A stretch of DNA of 64,000 nt from Octopus vulgaris (Eukaryota). The stretch is taken from assembly GCA_951406725.2 (NCBI GenBank), contig OX597828.1, positions 46,686,001 through 46,750,000 of the forward strand, in the 5' to 3' direction. Below, in pieces: positions 54,772 to 64,000 of the stretch (position 1 is its first letter; each line of letters opens with the position of its first letter). Below the pieces are notes generated by a model. The model searched no databases and was not told the origin of the DNA. It saw only the letters and a list, made by a program, of their open reading frames with translations. Both the position numbers and the translations under genes were made by a program.

Positions 54772-55165
54772 TATATGCATATACATACTCATATATGTAT
54801 ATGTTTATATGTGTGTATGTGTGTGTGTTTGAATTACGCATACAATTATACATATAAACCTAGTCACAAATACGCTCACACATATACAAGTACGCAGGTT
54901 TATATTTTATTTATTTATCTGTACGTTTTATCGATGGCCAGACGGTCTATTTTCGTGAATATGTCATGTGACCTTTTTGTACCCCTACTTCCCCCTCTTT
55001 TACTACTGTTTATTTTACCGCATTCTTTCAAACCTCTAAATTAATTGGAAACCACCAGAGAACATTGTCGCCAGTTGTCGGTCCTCGTACGTATACATGT
55101 ATACATATACATACATGCATACATATAACTACAAGTACATAAATATACATGGCTATATATGTAGA

Positions 55166-55203
<38 letters not shown>

Positions 55204-55216
55204 AACAGATAGATAT

Positions 55217-55276
<60 letters not shown>

Positions 55277-55441
55277 GTAAATACATACATACATACAAAT
55301 ACAAACATATGTAAATGGAAACATATACACACACACACATATATATTATATATATATATATAAACAAATATTTACATACATAGACATGTATATTCATGTA
55401 TATATGTATGTGTGTGTGTGTATATATTTATACATATATAT

Positions 55442-55498
<57 letters not shown>

Positions 55499-55505
55499 CA
55501 TATGT

Positions 55506-56060
55506 GGGTACAGGCCGCCATGAAACGTGTACAGCAAAAAGTACGAAGCACGGGTACATGGAACAGGAATTATTCTCTTGAACAACGAAAGACACAAATG
55601 GAAAACAAGACAAACAACATAAAAAATGACCCTTCATCTGTTATTGGCTGTTTTCTAGTCTCTTATTTCGAGCATTTAACAACAATATACGCTTTCGATA
55701 AAACAGATGCTCTCGCAAAGCAAATTAAACAAAATTTGGAATTTTGCAGAGGGTCAAAATAGGTAACACAAACATGACAGTGAAAACAAACAGGAAGGGT
55801 TGCTAAGCCTAAACAAAGCTGTGGTGGCGAACGCGTAAATCATGCTAGGACAGAGGACTAACAAGAATACGTCGTCCTTGTTCCAGCTACAATAGAGAGA
55901 AAGAAAGAAACACAGTTAGGAGAAGAAAGGTGACCGATGGTCACGTGGAAGCCACGTGAGCAAGTGGGGAGGAGTGAGGGAGAGATAGTGACAGAGTAAT
56001 AGGAAAGAATAGCGGGAGAACAGGAGGTAAAAGAATAAGAGAGAAAAAGAGAAAAACGAG
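55506..56060 (-). mobile_element. Family E repeat
   Basis: Similar to 12739-13350 and to the reverse complement of 63150-63518. Confidence 0.5.
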
Positions 56061-56099
56061 TATGTATGTACGTATGTATGTATGTATGTATGTATGTAT

Positions 56100-56502
56100 C
56101 TTTTACCTTTTAATCGTTTCAGTCATTTGACTGCGGCCACGCTGGAGCACCGCCTTTAGTCGAGCAAATCGACCCCGGGACTTATTCTTTGTAAGCCCAG
56201 TACTTATTCTATCGGTCTCTTTTTGCTGAACCGCTAAGTGACGGGGACGTAAACACACCAGCATTGGTTGTCAAGCAATGCTAGGGGGACAAACACACAC
56301 ACACAAATACACACATACATATATATATATACATATATACGACAGGCTTCTTTCAGTTTCTGCCTACCAAATCCACTCACAAGGCATTGGTCGGCCCGGG
56401 GCTATAGCAGAAGACACTTGCCCAAGATGCCACGCAGTGGGACTGAACCCGGAACCATGTGGTTGGTTAGCAAGCTACTTACAACACAGCCACTCCTGCG
56501 CC
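56100..56502 (-). mobile_element. Full-length SINE-B
   Basis: Near-identical to 9940-10348. Confidence 0.9.
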
Positions 56503-56801
56503 TATGTATGTATGACTCTAGTAATCCACCCGTAGATGAAAACAGGACTGGATTATAAACTGTAAAATGAAAGTAAAGAAAGAGAGGAAGAAAGAAAGGG
56601 AAAAAGAAAGAAAAGATAAAGTGAAGGAGAAAAAGGAAGGAATGCAGGAAAAGAATTCAATAAAGAAAAGCGAAAATATAACAGAAAACACAAATTCTTC
56701 GTCTCTTTTGTGTGAAAGCTACCGGCGCCACCATTATATTCAAAACCACCAGCACCACCAACTCTCCACTACTATTCCCAGCACCGGTATCACTACCAAA
56801 G

Positions 56802-57220
56802 CCACCACCATTCCACCATGCTACCCCCACCACCACAACTACCACTCCCACCATCATTTCCAGTACTACCACCAGCACTGGTATCGACATCAGAAGCACC
56901 ACTATCACCAGCACCTCTATCACTACGTCGACCACCATCACTACAAACTTCTCCACCACCATCGCCAACGTCACCATCACTACAACATCGCAACCACAGC
57001 CACCACCATTCCACCATGATTACAACCATGCTACCCCCACCACCACAACTACAACTCCCACCATCAGTTCCAGTACTACCACCAGCACTGGTATTAACAT
57101 CAGAAGCACCACTATCACCAGCACCTCTATCACTACGTCGACCACCATCACTACAAACTTCTCCACCACCGTCGCCAACGTCACCATCACTACAACGTCG
57201 CAACCACAACCACCACCAAC
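56802..57220. repeat. 210-bp tandem duplication of a degenerate (ACC/ACT)n unit
   Basis: catgctacccccaccacc occurs at 56817 and 57027. Confidence 0.9.
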
Positions 57221-57498
57221 ATTACAACAATCATCATCAGGATTACAACTACTACCACAACCACTAGCAACTTTACAATCATCACCACCATCGCCATCGT
57301 CATGATCGTTACAACCATCACTGCTACTGCTACCACCATCATGACCATTTTCAATCCTTCTTCAGTCTTTGATCTTGTAATTCCATACAATTGGTAGAAG
57401 AACCCAGAAAATTACTTCTTAAACATATTTTAAATACCGCCCTCTTTTCTTTCACAAACTCCCTTTCAAACGCTCTGCTCCCTCAGTGATACAATTCA

Positions 57499-57981
57499 AC
57501 AGGAGTGGCTGTGTGGTAGGTAGCTTGCTTACCAACCAAATAGTCCTGGGTTCAGTCCCACCGCGTGGCACCTTGGGAAAGTGTCTTCTACTATAGCCTC
57601 GGGCCGACCAAAGCCTTGTGAGTGGATTTGGTAGACGGAAACTGGAAGAATGGAAGCAGCCCGTCGAATATGTATATATATATATATGGAGGCGCAATGG
57701 CCCAGTGGTTAGGGCAGCGGACTCGCGGTCGTAGGATCGCGGTTTCGATTCCCAGACCGGGCGTTGTGAGTGTTTATTGAGCGAAAACACCTAAAACCTC
57801 CACGAGGCTCCAGCAGGGGGTGGTGATCCCTGCTGTACTCTTTCACTACTCTTTCTCTCACTCTTTCTTCTGTTGCCTTACTTGCTTAGCCAACGGGGTG
57901 GCGTCATTCGAAGGCTAAAAGAATGCGAACGCATTGTGACCAGCGATGTGTAACTACATCTGATGGACTGGTTGGTCACGT

Positions 57982-58027
<46 letters not shown>

Positions 58028-58262
58028 GTATGTATTATGTATATTTGTATGTGTATATGTTTGTGTATCTGTTTGTGCCCCCAGCATCGCTTGACACCCG
58101 ATACTAGTGTGTTTACGTCCCCGTAACCTAGCGGTTCGGCAAAAGTGACCGATAGAATAAGTACTAGGCTTACAAAGAATAAGTCCCGCGGTTGATTTGC
58201 TCGACTGCAGGCGGTGCTCCAGCATGGCCGCAGTCAAAATGACTGAAACAAGTAAAAGAGTA
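57499..58262 (+). mobile_element. SINE-B with a SINE-A/tail-c element (57688-57989) nested in its internal (TA)n
   Basis: SINE-B halves at 57499-57667 and 58063-58262. The insert begins ggaggcgcaatggcccagtgg. Confidence 0.88.
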
Positions 58263-58739
58263 AAATGTAAAGAGCCGAGAGAAACACTACAGAGGCAAAT
58301 TTTCTACTCTTCGCACAAAGATTTAAAAATAGTTTTGAAATTTAGGACAATTGAAAGACGAAATGGATTAGTCGGTACCTTTGACCTCAGTTCTTCATTG
58401 GAACTTTAATTTATCCAACCCGAAAGGAGGAAGATTAGAGCTTATCTCGGCGAAATATGATCTCAGAGCACAAAGATCTGGGGCAAATACTGTGAGTACT
58501 TAACACAATAAAAACAGAGAAATATTTTTGAAAATTGGGGTAATTAAAAGAGGGAGAAGGATGTAAAGAAGTGCATTTTTTTAATTGCGCTAATTTTGAA
58601 AACTGAAGCTTTTTGAACATGTATGCATTCCACTTCCCACCACCTGCATCCTTATAGAATTTTCCATTGTCCCTTCTCAGTGGTCGATGCACTTCATTTT
58701 GAGACCCTTTGGTATGATGCATAAATGGATGACTGGCTG

Positions 58740-59390
58740 ACTGGAGGATGGATGGACGGACGGATGGATGGATGGATGGATGGATGGATTCATAGATGGA
58801 TGGATGGCTAGCCGGTTGGTTGGATAGCTGGATTGTTGGTTGCTTAGATGGGTGGATGGTTGGAGGATGGATGGATGGATGGATGGATGGATGGATGGAT
58901 TCATAGATGGATGGATGGCTAGCCGGTTGGTTGGATAGCTGGATTGTTGGTTGCTTAGATGGGTGGATGGATGGAGGACGGATGGATGGATGGATGGATG
59001 GATTCATAGATGGATGGATGGCTAGCCGGCCGGTTGGATAGCTGGATTGTTGGTTGCTTAGATGGGTGGATGGTTGGAGGATGGATGGATGGATGGATAG
59101 ATTCATAGATAGATGGATGGCTAGCCGGCTGGTTGGATGGCTGGATAGTTGGTTGCTTTGATGGGTGGATGGTTGGAGGATCGATGGATGGATGGACGGA
59201 CGGACGAGTATTGGAATGGACGGACGGATGGATGGATAGATGGATGGATGGATGGATGGAAAATGGAAAGGTCGATTGATAATGATTAGATGAGAGGAGC
59301 TGATGGTTGCTCGAATTTCAAGATAGATGGATGGATGGATGGATAGATAGATGGATGGATGGATGAATGGATGGATGGATGGATAGATGA
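58740..59390. repeat. (GGAT)n-based higher-order tandem repeat, about four 100-110 bp units
   Basis: ttcatagat..ggctagccgg..ggatagctggattgttggttgcttagatggg recurs at about 58789, 58899, 59003 and 59102. Confidence 0.9.
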
Positions 59391-59799
59391 CTCGCTGACT
59401 GGCTGGCTGGTTGTCGGTTGGGTTAGCTGAGTGAAAACGTTTCAAATTATTTACAAGCTGGTTGAAGTATAAATATGTGGGGCTGATGTGGTGTTGGTAT
59501 CCGTCACAGCCAGCAGGTAGCAGGATGAGATAGACAGATGGATAGATTGTTTACGCTTGACTGGTTAAACTTAACACAGGCACGCTCTGTTGACAGGATA
59601 AATAGCAAATAACAGGCTTACTGACAAGACCGGACCGTCTGGTCATTTGTATAGGTTGAAAGATGGTCGTATTATTATCGTTGTTGTTTTTGTTGTTGTG
59701 TTTTTATAGTTTTTGTTGTGTCTTTTTTATAGTACGTTTTTTTGTAAAGGAGCCATTAATCTAAATTTGACAAGGACTTCTGGGGACAACAAGAACATC

Positions 59800-60360
<561 letters not shown>

Positions 60361-60667
60361 ATGGAAAAATAATAATAACGACCTGAAGATCGACCTCTTC
60401 GTTGAAACACAACAGTAATGACACCAAGAGAAACTTATATGAAACAAGAGGCGACTGTGGCGGCGGCAACAATAACAACCACGATATATTGACACGGACA
60501 AATAGCATGAAAGGAGACAACAACATCAACGACAACAACTATAACAGACCGAAAACGACGCCATTGACAGCATTGATAATAGCTACAATAACTTCACGGG
60601 ACAAGCAACAAATTGTTACAATCATTAAGAAAACGTTAACGACGACGACGACGGCGACGACGAGGAT

Positions 60668-60744
<77 letters not shown>

Positions 60745-61035
60745 GAAGAAGGAGAGTAGAAGAAGAAGAAGAAGAAGAAGAAGAAGAAGAAGAAGAAGAA
60801 GAAGAAGGAGAAGAAGGAGAAGAAGAAGAAGAAGAAGAAGAAGGAGAAGAAGAAGAAGAAGAAGAAGAAGAAGAAGAAAAGAAGAAGAAGAAGAAGAAGA
60901 AGAAGAAGAAGAAGAAGAAGAAGAAGAAGAAGAAGAAGAAGAAGAAGAAGGAGAAGAAGAAGGAGAAGGAGAAGAAGAAGAAGAACAAGAAGAACAAGAA
61001 GAACAAGAACAAGAACAACGACAACAACAACAACA
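60668..61035. repeat. (AAT)n followed by a (GAA)n/(AAC)n array
   Basis: Direct reading. Confidence 0.95.
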
Positions 61036-61487
61036 AGAAACAACAAAAGCTATAAGACAAATGAAATCCAAACTAAAAATAGAACAGCAACGGACCATAA
61101 AACGATGGCAAGAAAAGCCCCTTCATGGCAAATACTGGGTTAAACTAATCGCAAAAGAAATAGACAAAGAAAAATCCCAGCAATGGTTGAGAAGCTCAGC
61201 ACTCAAAGCAGAGACGGAGAGATTTTTAGCTGCAGCACAAGACCAAAGCCTCCCCACCAGAAATTACCAAAAATATATAATGAAAAGAAACATAAGTAAC
61301 TGCAGAATATGTGGAGATGGACAAGAAACAATAAATCATATTATCTCTGGCTGCCCAGTCCTGTTTAAGAAGGAATATATTCACAGACACGACAGAGTTG
61401 GGACCTACATACACTGGAAGCTATGCCAACATTATGGAATAACAACAGAAAAAAGATGGTATAAGCACACACTAGAAAAGGTCACAA
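61036..61487 (+). pseudogene. R4/Dong-like retrotransposon fragment (zinc knuckle region)
   Basis: RWQEKPLHGKY..SQQWL..LKAETE..AAQDQSLPTRNY..CRICGDGQETINHIISGC..EYIHRHDRV..IHWKLC..WYKH contains the CCHC knuckle and RHD motif. Confidence 0.92.
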
Positions 61488-61590
61488 AACCTAAGAACAG
61501 ACGAAATACCACTAAGCATTTTCTCACTCGGCGTGCTAACGACTCTGCCAGCTCGAAATAATAATAATAATAACAATAATAATAATAATA

Positions 61591-62147
61591 AATGCCCTGA
61601 TGCAGTACCAGGCAGTGGCACTAATGGCTTCTGATCTTAACTGATTAGAAGTGTTATCATGTACTTTGTTTTGTCTTGGTATAAAAGATGGGCTACAGCA
61701 AATATTCTGCTCAATACCACAAATTTGCTTGTCAGTTGTTTGACCTTAACCAGTTGAGCATGTCCCTTAGTGGCTGACGATATGTGCATCTCTGATCACG
61801 AGCAGAAGTAGTGGGGGAGCATTATACCCATGTGTTGAGAGGGATTCTTTGGGGTTTGAATAATTCACATTTGGAAACATGGGTGTTTCGTTCAACATCC
61901 TTAAACAACCCTTATTCAGGGACCTTTTGAGCAGAATGGGCTACTCGACCAGAAGAAAATTCTAACTGGGCCCTACCTGCAAGGTCATGTGCTGTTTATC
62001 TTGATATGAAATCACCATGTCGCGCACATGTGGTTGTGATGCATGTGCCTGGTGTACACTTATCAGACGGGTAGTCATGATGGGTATACTGGGCATCGTT
62101 GATGGTACCCCAGTGTGCATTTGATGGTATGCAGTGCATTCTCACTC
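61591..62147 (+). mobile_element. About 555-bp non-coding (TAA)n-associated repeat
   Basis: Reverse complement of 48250-48801, with (AAT)n on both flanks. Confidence 0.85.
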
Positions 62148-62197
62148 AGTAATAATGAGGATGATGATGATAACAACAACAACAATAATAATAATGG

Positions 62198-62228
<31 letters not shown>

Positions 62229-62691
62229 ATATATATATATGTATACATATATATATATACACACACACACACGTAAACACACACGCATACCTACATACTA
62301 ATAAGTGTATCTGTGCGTGTATATATCAGTGTATATTCACGCATACTATATCTGCACTTACAAACACACGATGTTTGGAAAATAACAAAATATAAACGAA
62401 AATAAATTAAAGGAAACTAAAAGTGTTAGGCAGGAGGTCATAGGCAGAATGCGTAAAAATAGAAACAGTTAGAAATGATTTTGTAAAAGTCAAGTCAAAG
62501 AAGCCCGATCACTGAAGAGATTTGATGTTTATTGTAAACTGTATAAAGATACTTTTGGGGGTTTTACACTTGACATCACATCGACAATGCTAGGACATGA
62601 TGGCATGAATGATCACCGCTTATAATGTGTGTGGTGGAGGTTAATCTCTTCCCCTCTCTCTATCTCGCTCCCTCTATGACACTCTCTCTCC

Positions 62692-62738
<47 letters not shown>

Positions 62739-62803
62739 GCCGCTCCTTTCCATTACTGTTTCGATATACGTGAATATATATATATATTTATTTATATACA
62801 TAA

Positions 62804-62852
<49 letters not shown>

Positions 62853-63112
62853 TGCATGTATGTTTACATATATATACGTATGCATATACATGCATGTATA
62901 TGTACATATATGTATGTATATGTACATATATATGTATACATATATACGTATATATGTATACATATATACATATATATGAATATATATACAATATCTATAC
63001 ACTACTCCTAACACTCTATACGTATATATATATATCTCTGCTCACACATGACCATTGTCCATCTTTCTTTTCCTGTACAGGCGTTTAAAAGAGCGGATGT
63101 GTTTGTTTTCCT

Positions 63113-63149
<37 letters not shown>

Positions 63150-63153
<4 letters not shown>

Positions 63154-63518
63154 ATCTTCTATCTTTTCTCTTTTCAAAGAAAGTTTCTCCCAGCTTTCAC
63201 TATTTTCCTCTCGTTATGGTCTAACGATCCGCCATATTTGTTTTCGCTCGGTTCCCTTGTATGTTCCTACTGTCGTGTTTTTGTTCCCAACTTTGACTAT
63301 CCATAAATCCTAAATTTTGTCTATGGGAGCATCTCTCTCTGAAAACTCATATTGTCTTTGATGGTTCATATTGTCATTGAATGCTCTAAATGAGGAGTAG
63401 ACAGTCCTTTCTCTGTTTACTTGTCCTCTTTTCCATTTTTTCTCGTTGTCTACGTATTTAACTGGTTTGTCTTTACGTATTTCCTGTTATTTTCACCGTA
63501 GGTGACATCCTGTACTCA
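63150..63518 (+). mobile_element. Family E repeat
   Basis: Ends atcctgtactc followed by (TA)n; similar to the reverse complement of 55506-55900. Confidence 0.45.
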
Positions 63519-63543
63519 TATATATATACATGTATATATGTAT

Positions 63544-63576
<33 letters not shown>

Positions 63577-63603
63577 TATATATACATGTATATATATACA
63601 TAC

Positions 63604-63715
<112 letters not shown>

Positions 63716-64000
63716 TGGATATCTTGCACACATCTAAATTACATGCACACTCACACACATACACACGTATAAATATTATTTTTATTTTTTGCTTGCTTCA
63801 GACATTGGACTGCGACCATGATGGGGCATTGCCATGAAATTTTTTACTCGAACAAATCTACCCCAATTCTTATATTTTGAAATACGGTACTTATTCTATG
63901 GGACCTTCTCTTCTGAGAAAGCTATCTTGAATGCTTGACATGGTGGATTGCCGCCGCAAGTTGAAAAGAAGAGGCCAGTGAATTTACTGTCAAGAAAGAA

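Noticed and set aside
57688-57765. tRNA-like sequence with A and B boxes (also at 28900-28974 and 52190-52262)
   Set aside because: It is the head of a multicopy SINE, with no complete cloverleaf or acceptor stem, so not a tRNA gene.
61591-61660. Possible HDV-like ribozyme at the end of the (TAA)n-associated repeat
   Set aside because: Only simple hairpins were found by eye; the nested double pseudoknot could not be built.

Overview
AT-rich, microsatellite-saturated eukaryotic DNA. The repeat content (tRNA-headed SINEs, R4/Dong-like LINE relics, Penelope-like elements, (TA)n/(CA)n/(TAA)n/(GAA)n arrays) resembles a coleoid cephalopod such as an octopus; this is an inference from sequence style, not a database result. 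I found no supportable host protein-coding exon. Almost all long ORFs in the track are translated microsatellites, so the window looks intronic or intergenic. Real protein relics are all transposon-derived: a Penelope-like RT and a GIY-YIG endonuclease, several R4/Dong-type RT and RLE pieces, CR1 and RTE 3' ends, Tc1 DD34E, maT DD37D and mariner fragments. The most interesting signal is non-coding. About ten minimal type I hammerhead-ribozyme motifs from several unrelated repeat families occur here, often with 5' fold-back inversions. One lies in a 362-bp-monomer, rod-folding, retrozyme-like tandem plus inverted element at 27.2-28.0 kb. SINEs also show combinatorial swapping of heads and 3' tails. 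All folds, alignments and translations were done by eye, and boundaries of degraded repeats are approximate.
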